Shown: positions 50,959-61,248 of the stretch, in pieces | Numbering within the stretch: position 1 is the stretch's first letter | How the letters are laid out: every line of letters begins with the position of its first letter | Assembly (NCBI GenBank): GCA_038245295.1 | Contig: JBBRSP010000001.1 | Span: 352,001 to 416,000 of the forward strand | Reading direction: 5' to 3' | DNA: 64,000 nt | Origin: Candidatus Binatia bacterium | GTDB taxonomy: Bacteria; Desulfobacterota; Binatia; HRBIN30 | Position numbers and translations under genes: made by a program | Notes under the pieces: model-generated | Database searches by the model: none | Told to the model about the DNA's origin: nothing | What the model saw: the letters and a program-made list of their open reading frames with translations, nothing else

Positions 50959-52593
50959 CTACTGAGGTTTGAGCGCGATGAAGATCGTGTTGTCGCCGCG
51001 CTTGACCAGGAAGAGCAAGCTCTTGCCCTTCGACGAGCTCTTCATCGCTTTGCGATAGGAGGCAAGATCCTTGACCGCTTCGCGATTGACCTCGACGATA
51101 ACGTCGCCGCGCCGCATACCGGCGTCTTCGGCGGCGCTGCCCTGTTCGACAGCCGACACAACGACACCCTTGATGTCGCTGCTGATGCCGAGGCTCTCGG
51201 AGACGTCGGGGGTGAGCGGCTGGACGGTGAGTCCGTAATTGCTCTCCTCGGCGCCGCGTTCGGCGACGTCTTCGTCTTTGAGTTCGCCGACGCGCAGCGA
51301 GACACTCGACGTTTCCTTGTCGCGGATGAACTTCAGGTTTGCCGTCTTGCCCACCGGCGTACGGGCGACAAGGTATGGAAGCTCGGTTGAATCCTTGACC
51401 GCATGTCCGTCAAATTCCGTGATCACGTCGCCGACCTTGATGCCGGCCTCGGCGGCCGGTCCGTCTTTGACGACGTCGGCCACCAGCGCGCCCTGGCTGT
51501 CCTTGAGGTTGAGCGACTCGGCGATCTCCGGCGTTACCTTTTGGATCAAAACGCCGAGCCAGCCACGGGTGACTTTGCCCTTCTGTTCGAGCTCGGGAAG
51601 CAGCTCTTTGGCGATATTGACTGGGATGGCGAAACCGATGCCGATGCTGCCGCCGGAGCGGCTGAAGATGGCGGTATTGATACCGACAACTTCACCCTTG
51701 AGATTGATCAGGGGACCGCCGGAGTTGCCCGGGTTGATGGCGACGTCCGTCTGAATGAACTGATCGTAGCTGCCCTGGCCGATGTAGCGGCCCTTGGCGC
51801 TGACGATACCGGCGGTGACGGTGTGCTCGAGGCCGAAGGGGTTGCCGATGGCCATCACCCATTCTCCGACGCGCAGAGACTCGGAGTTACCAAGCGGCGC
51901 CGGGATGAGGTCGGGGGCGTTGTCGATCTTGATCACGGCGATATCCGTCTTCGGGTCGCGGCCGATGATCTTCGCCTTGTACTCTTTGTTGTTCGCTAGC
52001 TTGACCAGAATCTCGTCGGCGTCCTCAACCACATGATTGTTGGTCAGGATATAGCCTTCCTTGTTGATGATGAAGCCGGAGCCGAGGCTACGTTGCTTGA
52101 ATTGACGCTTCGGCATCGGGCCGAAGAAACGCTCGAACGGCTCAAAATACTCGTGCGGGTCGCCTTGGCCTCCGCCCTGGCCGCCGCCGAATGGATTGCG
52201 CGGGCCACCACCGCCGGGACCACCGCCGCCAGGGCCGCCACCGGGGCCGCCACCGGGGCCGCCACCCATGCCGGGACCCGACGAGTCCGAGCCGCCGTTG
52301 GAGGACGTGGAAACGTTGACCACCGCTGGGCTCAAGCGATCCGCCAGCGTGGCGAAGTCCGGCAGAGTGATCACCGCCGGCGCCGATGCCGCTGGGGCCG
52401 CGGCGGGCGCGCCAGCCGCGGCGGCCGGTGCGCCGGGTGCGCCGGGCTGGGTCGGTGCGGGTGTTCCGGATTCGCCCCAGAAGCTGATGGCGTGTGAGGG
52501 TGAAACTACGTGTAACGTGCTGGTGGCAAAGATGCCGGCTGCGAAGCCGGTGCTGATCCACAGGACGGCACGGGCAAGCCGTGGCGTATTCAT
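50959..52593 (-). CDS. degP: DegP/DegQ (HtrA) serine endoprotease with two PDZ domains
   Basis: LGSGFII, LTNNHV, DIAVIK and INPGNSGGPL motifs; two PDZ domains. Confidence 0.93.
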   Translation of the reverse strand: MNTPRLARAVLWISTGFAAGIFATSTLHVVSPSHAISFWGESGTPAPTQPGAPGAPAAAAGAPAAAPAASAPAVITLPDFATLADRLSPAVVNVSTSSNGGSDSSGPGMGGGPGGGPGGGPGGGGPGGGGPRNPFGGGQGGGQGDPHEYFEPFERFFGPMPKRQFKQRSLGSGFIINKEGYILTNNHVVEDADEILVKLANNKEYKAKIIGRDPKTDIAVIKIDNAPDLIPAPLGNSESLRVGEWVMAIGNPFGLEHTVTAGIVSAKGRYIGQGSYDQFIQTDVAINPGNSGGPLINLKGEVVGINTAIFSRSGGSIGIGFAIPVNIAKELLPELEQKGKVTRGWLGVLIQKVTPEIAESLNLKDSQGALVADVVKDGPAAEAGIKVGDVITEFDGHAVKDSTELPYLVARTPVGKTANLKFIRDKETSSVSLRVGELKDEDVAERGAEESNYGLTVQPLTPDVSESLGISSDIKGVVVSAVEQGSAAEDAGMRRGDVIVEVNREAVKDLASYRKAMKSSSKGKSLLFLVKRGDNTIFIALKPQ

Positions 52594-52646
52594 GCTTCCT
52601 CCTTCAAAGGGGCGCGGGTGGTTGGCAAGTGGTTGTTTTCGATGCG

Positions 52647-53081
52647 TTAGCGTCGAGCTTGGTCAACGTAGCGCAATCGTAGGTCGTAGAGCAGCCCTTC
52701 GATCAATTCGGCCTCGGCCTTATCGAGATTGCCGCGTGTCTTCTCCTGCAGCATGCCTACGATGTCGATCATCTGCCGAGCGGCACCGAGATCGACGTTT
52801 GTTTGCTGCGAGATCGGGTCGGGAATCTCACCGAGCAGGGACAGTGCCTGCGTACTCAGGCTGATGATGAACGTCGAGAAGTTGAGCTCCAGCGGCGGTC
52901 GGTCGGTGGCTGCCGCGGCTGGCTTCTCGCCGCGTAGCACACCTTCGTTACCCGGCGGGGCCGCTGTTTTGGTCGGCTCCGGGTCCGGTGCGTCGCTGCG
53001 CGCTGTGCCGTCGTCGGTAAAACGTCGGCGATCTTCAACTTTGAATGACGTGGGTGCGTCGTTTTCGTCTTGTCGGCTCAT
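52647..53081 (-). CDS. DUF1844 family protein
   Basis: FSTFIISL...LLGEIPDP...ARQMIDIVGMLQEKTRGNL...LYDLRLRYV. Confidence 0.85.
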   Translation of the reverse strand: MSRQDENDAPTSFKVEDRRRFTDDGTARSDAPDPEPTKTAAPPGNEGVLRGEKPAAAATDRPPLELNFSTFIISLSTQALSLLGEIPDPISQQTNVDLGAARQMIDIVGMLQEKTRGNLDKAEAELIEGLLYDLRLRYVDQARR

Positions 53082-53098
53082 AGTGGCTTTTGAAGTCC

Positions 53099-53959
53099 TT
53101 AGGCGTTGTGGAACGGCGAATTCAAGGCGCGCAGGCGAGCAATGCGCTCTTCCACCGGTGGGTGGGTGCTGAACAACTTGGCGAATGACTGGCCGCTCAA
53201 GGGGTTGAATATGAACATGTGGGCGGTCTGGGCCATCGCCGGCATCGGCGTGCTCTCGGCTGCCGTGTGTAACTTCTCCAGGGCGCGCGCCAGACCGTCG
53301 CCGCTGCCGGCCATCTCGGCGCCGCTGGCGTCGGCTTGAAACTCGCGCGAGCGCGAAATCGCCATCTGGATCAACATGGCGGCGATTGGTGTGAGAATGG
53401 CCACGACAATCAGGCCGATGCCGCCGCCGTTGTTGCGCTCATCGCGCGAGCCACCCCCGAAGAGCGCGCCCCACTGGGCCATACGCGCCAGCATCATGAG
53501 CACACCCGCCAGGGTGGCGGCGATGGAGCTGATGAGGATATCCCGGTTCTTGATGTGGCTGAGCTCGTGCGCCAGTACACCTTCGAGCTCATCCTGCGAC
53601 ATCAGGCGCAAGATTCCTTCCGTAACCGCCACCGCGGCGTGTGACGGATTGCGCCCGGTGGCAAAGGCGTTGGCGCCGTCGGTCGGCAGAATGTACAGGC
53701 GTGGCATCGGAATTCCAGCACGCTGCACCAACTTTTCGACGGCTCGGCGGTATTGCGGCGCTTCGTCGGGGCCGACTTCGCGTGCCTGGTACATGGCAAG
53801 AACGATCTTGTCGGAGAACCAATAGCTGCCGAAGTTCATGACGATGGCAAAAACAAAGGCGGTGATCAGACCCTGCTGGCCACCGACAAGCTGGCCAGCC
53901 GCTAAAATCAGGCCGGTGAGTACTCCTAGCAAGAGAGTTGTCTTCAATGTGTTTGACAT
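53099..53959 (-). CDS. htpX: Zinc metalloprotease HtpX
   Basis: [23 protein letters not shown] and FSTHPP motifs. Confidence 0.96.
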   Translation of the reverse strand: MSNTLKTTLLLGVLTGLILAAGQLVGGQQGLITAFVFAIVMNFGSYWFSDKIVLAMYQAREVGPDEAPQYRRAVEKLVQRAGIPMPRLYILPTDGANAFATGRNPSHAAVAVTEGILRLMSQDELEGVLAHELSHIKNRDILISSIAATLAGVLMMLARMAQWGALFGGGSRDERNNGGGIGLIVVAILTPIAAMLIQMAISRSREFQADASGAEMAGSGDGLARALEKLHTAAESTPMPAMAQTAHMFIFNPLSGQSFAKLFSTHPPVEERIARLRALNSPFHNA

Positions 53960-54126
53960 GTGCTCAGCTCCCGTCGGCTACCGACGACGCGCTCGTCGAT
54001 CTGTTCGATTCGGCACTCAAAAGATCCTGAGAACCTTCATCGCGTTATTGCACGCCCCATCAACGTGTCAAGAAATCGGACTGCTCGCCTACCACGGTGT
54101 ATATCTTCACCGAAGACCCATTCGCG

Positions 54127-54155
54127 TTGACTGCTTCCTCCGCGGCCGGTAGTTT
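54127..54155 (+). promoter_or_regulatory. Putative sigma70 promoter for the lytic transglycosylase gene
   Basis: TTGACT, 17-nt spacer, TAGTTT. Confidence 0.4.
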
Positions 54156-54221
54156 CGTCTTGCAGGAACAAAACCAATGCTGCGAAATCAACAACGTGGC
54201 CATGGTGGGGGAGGTGAACGG

Positions 54222-55595
54222 ATGTGGCGGCGGTGTCTTCTCGGTCGAGTTGTCCTGGTCCTCGGATTAGTCATCCTGGCCGTGCCGACCTTCGCGTCGC
54301 GCCCGACCCCTGAATTCGAATACCCGGCGGCTCTAAAAATACAAGTCGAATTCTGGAAGCAGATCTTCGCAGTCTACTCGTCGAAACAGATCGTCATTCA
54401 CGATGTCCTCCATCTTGATTGGGTCTATTCCGTCGTCGATCTGACCGACGTGGCCGATACGTTCGAATCGAACGCCGACCTTTCTCGCTACGCCGACGAC
54501 CGGATCAAGCAGGAGAAATCGCGCATCCAGGCCATGCTGCGGCGGCTGCACGAGATGGGCAGCGAGCCGCACGAGTTGACCGGCGAAGAGAAGAAGCTGC
54601 GCACGATGTTGTCCGACGACCATGATCCGCTGCACTATCTCAATGCCGCCGCCGACGATCGCATCCGCGGCCAGCGCGGCCTGAAGGAAAAGTTCAGCCG
54701 CGGTATCGTCATTTCGCGCCGCTACCTACCTGAGATGGAGGCGATCTTTCGTTCCGAGGGTGTACCGGTTGGACTGACGCGTCTGCCGCTGGTCGAATCC
54801 TGCTTCAACGTTCAAGCCTACTCCAAGGTCGGTGCCGCCGGCATGTGGCAGTTCATGCCGAGCACCGGGCGCCTTTATCTGCGCATCAATGACCAGGTCG
54901 ACGAACGCCGCGATCCGATCGCCGCAACCCATGCCGCCGCACGCCTGTTGCGTGGCAACTATGACGCCCTCGGCACGTGGCCGCTGGCGATCACCGCCTA
55001 CAACCACGGTCGGGCCGGCATGGCGCGCGCCGTCGATCGGGTTGGGACGACCGACATTGCCGAGATCATTCGCGAGTACGACGGCCCCGCTTTCAAGTTC
55101 GCCTCACGCAACTTCTACCCTGAGTTTCTTGCGGCGCTCGAAGTCGAGCACGAGCCCGAGCGTTACTTCGGGAGGCTCGACTATGAGCCGCCCATGCGCA
55201 CCGAGAAGGTCAAGGTGCCGGATCCGGTTTCGATCGGCGTGCTGGCGCAGGCCTGCGGCACCAGTGTTTCGACGCTCGCCGAGCTCAATCCGGCACTGAC
55301 GCCGGATGTGGCAGCGGGCCGGCGCCTCGTGCCAAAAGGTCACGCCCTGTGTGTGCCGGAGGGCGCCAATCACGGCTTCGAGGCGCGCTACGCGGCGCTC
55401 AAACCGCGCCTTCAGGCCAAGGGCCACGGCGGCAAAGCGACCGCGAAGACCGTCCATAAGGTGCGCGCCGGCCAGACGTTAGTGTCGATCGCGCACCAAT
55501 ACCGCACCAGCGTCAGTGCCATTCAACGTCACAATGGACTGCGAACCGGCGCACCGTTGAAAAGCGGCCAACAACTGACGATTCCGAAGGGCTGA
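54222..55595 (+). CDS. Lytic transglycosylase with LysM domains (MltD-like)
   Basis: LVESCF, GAAGMWQFM and AITAYNHG motifs; C-terminal LysM; GGAGGTG RBS. Confidence 0.9.
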   Translation: MWRRCLLGRVVLVLGLVILAVPTFASRPTPEFEYPAALKIQVEFWKQIFAVYSSKQIVIHDVLHLDWVYSVVDLTDVADTFESNADLSRYADDRIKQEKSRIQAMLRRLHEMGSEPHELTGEEKKLRTMLSDDHDPLHYLNAAADDRIRGQRGLKEKFSRGIVISRRYLPEMEAIFRSEGVPVGLTRLPLVESCFNVQAYSKVGAAGMWQFMPSTGRLYLRINDQVDERRDPIAATHAAARLLRGNYDALGTWPLAITAYNHGRAGMARAVDRVGTTDIAEIIREYDGPAFKFASRNFYPEFLAALEVEHEPERYFGRLDYEPPMRTEKVKVPDPVSIGVLAQACGTSVSTLAELNPALTPDVAAGRRLVPKGHALCVPEGANHGFEARYAALKPRLQAKGHGGKATAKTVHKVRAGQTLVSIAHQYRTSVSAIQRHNGLRTGAPLKSGQQLTIPKG

Positions 55596-55666
55596 AGGGG
55601 CAGGGTGCCACGCTCTTGAGGCAACGCCCCTTAACCTAACACCTCAGTCCCCGAACACCCTGCTCC

Positions 55667-57439
55667 ATGCGCGAACGCCGGGTCCCTCTCTTGCCCCAGA
55701 TCGGGGCTTCCGTGGCGATCTTGCTGGCGTTGGCCTGGGTGTATTCGCAGGTGCGGACCTTCGGGCTCGTCAATCTCGACGACTCTGCCTACGTCACCGA
55801 CAACCCCGCTGTGCGGGCCGGCCTGAGCTGGGATGGCGTACTCTGGGCGTTCACGCACCTTCATGCTGCGTATTACATACCGCTCACATGGATCTCGCTC
55901 ATGTTCGATGTGTCGTTCTACGGCAACGTTGGTGGCATGCACGTCAGCAACGTCGTCTTGCACGCGTTCAGCAGCATCACCCTCGGCTGCCTCCTGGTAG
56001 CTGCTACTGGCGATACCTGGCGATCGTGGTGGGTCGCCGCCATCTTTGCCGTCCATCCTTGCCAAGTGGAGTCGGTCGCGTGGATCACCGAACGCAAGGA
56101 TGTCCTCAGCACGGCATTGGCACTCCCAGCCCTCGGCGCATACGGCCTGTACGCCGTGTCTATCCGTCGCCAACCGTCGGCCGGACGCCGTGTTCTATGG
56201 ATGGGCGCGGCGCTCCTATTTTATGCTCTGAGCTTGCTGGCCAAACCGCTGTGGGTGCCTATGCCGCTGATGTTGCTGGTCCTCGACCAGTGGCCGCTGC
56301 AGCGATTCGCATCGATGCGTTGGTTCGATCTCCTTGTCGAGAAAAGCGGATTCGTCGCCTTGGCACTGCTTGGCGCGGCGTCGACGATATCGGCGCAATC
56401 GACGGGTGGTGCTATCGCACCGCTCGCCGATTGGCCGCTGTGGTTTCGGCTGATCTCAGTGCCGTGGTCGTTTGCGGTCTATCTGGCGACATTGTTCTGG
56501 CCAATCCACCTTGCCGCTTTTTATCCGTTGCCCGACGCGCCCAGTCCCTGGCTCGGCCTGATCGGCGTGCTCGTGATTCTTGCGATCTCGCTGTCGACGT
56601 TTGTGGCGCGCCATCACTGGCCCGAGGGCTGGGTCGGCTGGTTGTGGTTCGTCGTACTGCTTCTGCCGGTGTCGGGGATTGCCCAGGCCGGTGACCAGGT
56701 GCGTGCCGATCGTTTCACCTATGTGCCCATGATCGGTGTTGCCGTGGCAGCGGCGGGCGCGACCCGTTTGCTGTCGGGGCAGATCTTGCAACGTGGCTGC
56801 GCCGTGCTCGGGGTGTTGCTGATCGCGGCGGCGACAGGGCTGGCGACCTCGCAAGCGGCGTATTGGCGCAATGGCACGAGCCTGTTCGAGCACGCCGTCG
56901 CCGTGACACGTGACAATTGGAAGGCGGAGTTTCTGCTCGGTGATGCGTACCGCGAGGCGGGGCGAGCGCCGCAGGCGGAGGCCGCCTATGTGCGTGGCTT
57001 GGCGCTGCGGCCGCGCGACGGCATTGCCAACCTGAACCTCGGTAACCTGCGCCTGACAAGCGGTAGATCAGCCGAGGCGATGGCGCCCTTGCTGCTGGCG
57101 CTCGAGGCGCTGCCGCAGATCGCTGATACCCACAACTCGGTGGGCGGGGCGCTGGTCGAGCAGCGGCGCTACGCCGAGGCCATTGTCGAGCTCGAGCGCG
57201 CTCTGCGCATCGATCCGCAGCTGATCAACGCGCAGTTCAATCTCGGCGACGCCCTGTTTGCCGCCGGCCGCTTCGACGAAGCACTCGTGTATTTCCGTCG
57301 AGCCCTGCAGCAGCGCCCCGACATTGCCGAGCTGCACCGGCGCGTCGCGGCGACGCTGGAGCGCCTGGGTCACACGGCCGAGGCGCATGCGGAGTACCAG
57401 CAGGCCGAGCGGCTGGACCCGGCCAAAGCCGGCGGTTGA
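55667..57439 (+). CDS. TMTC-like GT-C membrane glycosyltransferase with TPR repeats
   Basis: NLDDSAYV..NP, YYIPLT, FAVHP..VESVAWITERKD, LLAKP and ADRFTYVP motifs; about 5 TPRs. Confidence 0.82.
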   Translation: MRERRVPLLPQIGASVAILLALAWVYSQVRTFGLVNLDDSAYVTDNPAVRAGLSWDGVLWAFTHLHAAYYIPLTWISLMFDVSFYGNVGGMHVSNVVLHAFSSITLGCLLVAATGDTWRSWWVAAIFAVHPCQVESVAWITERKDVLSTALALPALGAYGLYAVSIRRQPSAGRRVLWMGAALLFYALSLLAKPLWVPMPLMLLVLDQWPLQRFASMRWFDLLVEKSGFVALALLGAASTISAQSTGGAIAPLADWPLWFRLISVPWSFAVYLATLFWPIHLAAFYPLPDAPSPWLGLIGVLVILAISLSTFVARHHWPEGWVGWLWFVVLLLPVSGIAQAGDQVRADRFTYVPMIGVAVAAAGATRLLSGQILQRGCAVLGVLLIAAATGLATSQAAYWRNGTSLFEHAVAVTRDNWKAEFLLGDAYREAGRAPQAEAAYVRGLALRPRDGIANLNLGNLRLTSGRSAEAMAPLLLALEALPQIADTHNSVGGALVEQRRYAEAIVELERALRIDPQLINAQFNLGDALFAAGRFDEALVYFRRALQQRPDIAELHRRVAATLERLGHTAEAHAEYQQAERLDPAKAGG

Positions 57440-57547
57440 GAGACGGAGCCGCGCAGTCGGAGCAGCGGCCGTTGGGGCGGTGATTCGGATGACTCGTGAG
57501 AACGCGCTATTTCGTATCGCCGCAACTTGCTACGACGGACAGACTGT

Positions 57548-58921
57548 ATGGCGCCAAGAGAAGTCCCGATTCGCACGAAGTTGCTTTATGCCACCGGGGA
57601 GATCACCTCCGGGGCGAAGAACGCCGTTCTCAATCAGTTCCTGCTGTTCTTCTACACCGACGTCATCCATCTGGCGCCATTGCTGGTCGGCGCAGCGATT
57701 GCGCTGGCGAAGTGCTGGGACGCGATCACCGACCCGGTGCTGGGGTACCTCTCCGATACGACACGTTCGCGTTGGGGCCGGCGGCGGCCTTACATCGTCG
57801 CCGCCGCCATTCCCCTCGGTATCCTTTTCGCGTTGCTGTTCTCGCCCCCGGTGCGCAGCCCGTCGGTGACCTTCCTCTATCTGCTCGGCATCTACGCTCT
57901 GCTCAATACGGCGTTCACTGTGTTCCTGGCGCCGTATCATGCCTGGGGAGCGCAGTTGGTCTCCGACTATCACGAGCGCACGACGCTGGTGCAGATTCGT
58001 TTTCTATTCGGCCTCGTCGGCGCGATCATCGGCACGGCTGTGCCGGTGTGGCTCGCTTCGCAATACGGCGGCGACGTGCGCCAGGGCTATCACGCCGTCG
58101 GCATCGGGATCGGCATGCTGCTGACCGTGGCGGCGTTGGTGCCGGGGTTGACCGTTCGCGAGACGGTGCGTGCGGAGATCGCCGACGCCAGTTTCTCACA
58201 CTTTCTTCAGGGCCTGCGGCGCACGGTGGCGAATCGCGACTTTCGTGTCGTCTTCATTACGTTCTGCATGCTGACCGTTGCCGGCGCATTGGGCGAGGCC
58301 GTGCGCGTCCATGTCGTCAAGCACTGGCTCAAGATGGAAGACTTCTATCCGATGATCGGGCTGACGTTTGCTCTGGCATTTACAGCTTCGTTCCCCCTGT
58401 GGTTCGGCTTGTCGAAGCGATTCGGCAAACGTCAGACGATGCTCGGCGGGCTCGTCCTCGGATGGTTCGTGCCGCTCGGCTGGTTGCTCGTCCAACCAGG
58501 CCAGCGCGGCGCGATGCTGGTGTTCATGGTGGCGGCCGGCTTGGCTTCGGGGGTGGTGACGTTGATCACCTCGAGTGCCATCGATGTCATCGACTTCGAC
58601 GAATACGAAACCGGCGAACGCCGCGAAGGGGCGTTCTTCGGCGTCTGGACCTTTGGCCTCAAGCTCAGCAGTGCCTGCGGCATCATGCTCAGCGGTGCCT
58701 TCTTGTGGTTGCTCGGCTACTCGGTCGAACGCGCCGACGATCCGAACGTCATGTGGTGGCTGCTGATGCTCGTCGGCCCCCTGCAGGTGCTGGTCAACAT
58801 CATCGGCTTTGTCCTCTTCCGCAGTTTTCGCTTCGAGCAGGCGCACGTCGAGGGTATCCAGGCGGTCCTGGCCGAGCGGCGTAACGCCCGCTTGGAGCCG
58901 AGTCGCGCCACGGCGGGATGA
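57548..58921 (+). CDS. MFS transporter, glycoside-pentoside-hexuronide (GPH/MelB) family
   Basis: WDAITDPVLGYLSD..RSRWGRRRPY and DVIDFDE..TGERREG motifs. Confidence 0.9.
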   Translation: MAPREVPIRTKLLYATGEITSGAKNAVLNQFLLFFYTDVIHLAPLLVGAAIALAKCWDAITDPVLGYLSDTTRSRWGRRRPYIVAAAIPLGILFALLFSPPVRSPSVTFLYLLGIYALLNTAFTVFLAPYHAWGAQLVSDYHERTTLVQIRFLFGLVGAIIGTAVPVWLASQYGGDVRQGYHAVGIGIGMLLTVAALVPGLTVRETVRAEIADASFSHFLQGLRRTVANRDFRVVFITFCMLTVAGALGEAVRVHVVKHWLKMEDFYPMIGLTFALAFTASFPLWFGLSKRFGKRQTMLGGLVLGWFVPLGWLLVQPGQRGAMLVFMVAAGLASGVVTLITSSAIDVIDFDEYETGERREGAFFGVWTFGLKLSSACGIMLSGAFLWLLGYSVERADDPNVMWWLLMLVGPLQVLVNIIGFVLFRSFRFEQAHVEGIQAVLAERRNARLEPSRATAG

Positions 58922-59041
58922 CTTGGGTCTCGCGGCACTTCTGTAGTTGACGATCGGCCTCGCAGCGCGGTAGGGGGAAGCAAAACTGCCGCTCCCGACC
59001 GCCCGTGGCCGGAACCAACTCAGACCATCCAGCCCTACCTC

Positions 59042-59254
59042 CGTCATTCCGGCGGAAGCCGGGATCTCCTCGAGTGGAAGGCCAAAAATGCTGGGGAGAT
59101 ACCGGCTTTCGCCGGTATGACGGAGGTGTTTGGGCAGCTTCAAACGATGAATCAGAGAAAATCGACAGTCTCTTTCGCCGGTTTGACGGAAAGGTGTGCT
59201 CGGTTTCGAATTTGGTTTCCGAGTAAATCGCCAGTCTCTTTCGTCGGGATGACA
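59042..59254. repeat. Composite CGTC-type REP-like palindromic element, copy B
   Basis: cgtcattccggcggaagccgggatct / agataccggctttcgccggtatgacg, followed by two cagtctctttcg(c/t)cgg..tgac half-units; homologous to 6514-6610. Confidence 0.85.
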
Positions 59255-59536
59255 GGTCAGGGCGACAAAGTCCGGCACCAAGAAAATCTTCGCGCACCGA
59301 CAAGATTTGGAACGTTTGTTACGCAGATGAACGCGGACCGAACCGGAACACGGGGGAAAACCCAAAACCCCAGCTTTCAAAAGACGGCCCCGCGCACGGT
59401 CGCGCAACCGACTACGTTCGATCACCTTGCCGGTCAGCCGCGCTGGCGCGTTCCACTCTCTGAGTGATACATACTCCAAGGGCCACTGAGCCGGTTCCAT
59501 CGTGACCTGAATCAATCGCGGTGATAGAGCCCCCTG

Positions 59537-60649
59537 ATGCCAGCCGAACTTCCCGGTGCCGCACGGCAGACCGATCTTGCCATGGCCCGCGCGCTGACGC
59601 CGACCGGTGTTGAATTGCCGCGACTGCGGCTGACCAATCTGCCAACGCGGGTGCATCGTTTGCCGACGATCAGTGGCGAGGTTGGTGCCGATGTTTGGAT
59701 CAAGCGCGACGACGAAACGGCGACCCTCTATGGCGGCAACAAGCCGCGCAAGCTCGAGTTCGTGCTCGCCGACGCCCTGCGCCAGAAGAAGAAGGCCGTC
59801 ATTACCTTCGGCGGCATCGGCACGCATCACGGACTTGCCACAGCGATCTTCGCTCGTTCTCTCGGCTTGCGGTGCATCCTGGTCATGCTCGATCAGCCGG
59901 TCACCGAAGGCGTGCGCCGGTCGTTGTTACGCGACGCCGCCGCCGGCGCCGAGATGTATTTTGCCGGCGGTGTATTGCCCATCGTCCTGCGCTCGCTGCG
60001 CCTTTGCGCCGAAGAGTGGCGGCACGGCAACGGCTTTCCCTACATCATCCCGACCGGCGGCACGTCACCGCTCGGCGCGCTCGGCTACGTCAACGCGGCG
60101 TTCGAGCTCAAGGCGCAGATCGACGCCGGCGAGTTGCCGGAGCCGGCGGCGATCTTCTTACCCGTCGGCAGCGGTGGCACGATGTCGGGGCTGGTCGCCG
60201 GCGCAAAGCTCGCTGGCCTGAAGTCGAAGATCATCGGCGTCGTCGTGACCGACATCTTACCGCCCGGAGGCATGCGTCTGGCGGGGCAGGCGCGCCGAGC
60301 CCTGGCCGTCCTTCGGCGTCACTTTGCGCTGCCGCCTGCCACCGTACGCCCGGCAGACTTCACCACCGTCGGTGGCTACGTGGGGGCGGCCTACGGTGCA
60401 CCGACGCCGGCCGCCCTGGCGGCACGTGAACGTGCTCTTGCCGGTGAAGGCTTGAGCCTCGACACGACGTATACCGCCAAGTGCATGGCGGCGATGTTCG
60501 ATGCCCTGGCCGCGTCCGAGTATCGTAATCGGCCGGTGCTGTTCTGGAACACCTACAGCAGCGTCGATCCGGATACACACCTCGGGCTGCTGCCGGACTT
60601 TCATACACTGCCGCCGGCGTTTCATCGGTTCTTCGAGGGTTCGCCTTGA
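59537..60649 (+). CDS. PLP-dependent D-cysteine desulfhydrase/ACC deaminase family enzyme
   Basis: WIKRDD, YGGNKPRKLEF, PTGG, GSGGT and LDTTYTAK motifs. Confidence 0.85.
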   Translation: MPAELPGAARQTDLAMARALTPTGVELPRLRLTNLPTRVHRLPTISGEVGADVWIKRDDETATLYGGNKPRKLEFVLADALRQKKKAVITFGGIGTHHGLATAIFARSLGLRCILVMLDQPVTEGVRRSLLRDAAAGAEMYFAGGVLPIVLRSLRLCAEEWRHGNGFPYIIPTGGTSPLGALGYVNAAFELKAQIDAGELPEPAAIFLPVGSGGTMSGLVAGAKLAGLKSKIIGVVVTDILPPGGMRLAGQARRALAVLRRHFALPPATVRPADFTTVGGYVGAAYGAPTPAALAARERALAGEGLSLDTTYTAKCMAAMFDALAASEYRNRPVLFWNTYSSVDPDTHLGLLPDFHTLPPAFHRFFEGSP

Positions 60650-60720
60650 GGGGCGCGCGAGTTTCGCAGCTCTTCACCGCCCGTTGCAATGCCACACTAG
60701 ACTCGATACCTGCGAGCCCG

Positions 60721-61248
60721 ATGACTGGTCTCTCGCGACGATCCTTTCTCCGTCTAAGCGCTGGTATGGTTGCCCTGGCGCGTCTGCGGCCGGTCTTGGC
60801 CGCCGTGGAGCCAGCCGTGGGGCTGCAAGTGTTGAGCACCGGCGACGCAGCGATCTTCACGGCCATCGCGTCGCGTATGGTCGACTCCGGCGGGGCCGGC
60901 TTTCCCAAGGTGAGTGAGACGCAGACGATCCACGTGATCGATCAGACCCTGCTGGTCATCGACCCGTCGCTACAGTCGCAGGTGCGCTGGCTGTTGAAGA
61001 TCGTGCAGTATTGCCCGCCGGTCGTCATTCGCCGGCTGTCGACGTTTACCAGCCTGAGTGATGCCGAGCAGGATGACGTGCTGCGCGCCTGGTCGCGCAG
61101 CAACTACGAGATTGGCCGCCTTGGTTTCCGGGCCCTCAAGAACCTGTCGATGCTCGGATACTACTCGCAAGACGTCGTGTGGCCTTTTATCCATTACCGC
61201 GGCCCATGGGCGCCGCGGGCGCGGAAGGCGGCGCGACTCGCACCATGA
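60721..61248 (+). CDS. Tat-signal small subunit (gluconate 2-dehydrogenase subunit 3-like)
   Basis: SRRSFLRL twin-arginine motif; FTSLSDAEQ...LKNLSMLGYYSQ..W..IHY.GP. Confidence 0.72.
   Translation: MTGLSRRSFLRLSAGMVALARLRPVLAAVEPAVGLQVLSTGDAAIFTAIASRMVDSGGAGFPKVSETQTIHVIDQTLLVIDPSLQSQVRWLLKIVQYCPPVVIRRLSTFTSLSDAEQDDVLRAWSRSNYEIGRLGFRALKNLSMLGYYSQDVVWPFIHYRGPWAPRARKAARLAP

Noticed and set aside
58196..59830. 544-aa minus-strand ORF spanning the repeat spacer
   Set aside because: Overlaps two well-supported plus-strand genes and reads through REP-like DNA (EIPASAGMT).
59537..60649. Calling the PLP enzyme acdS (ACC deaminase)
   Set aside because: The diagnostic Glu and Leu positions appear to be Thr and Thr.
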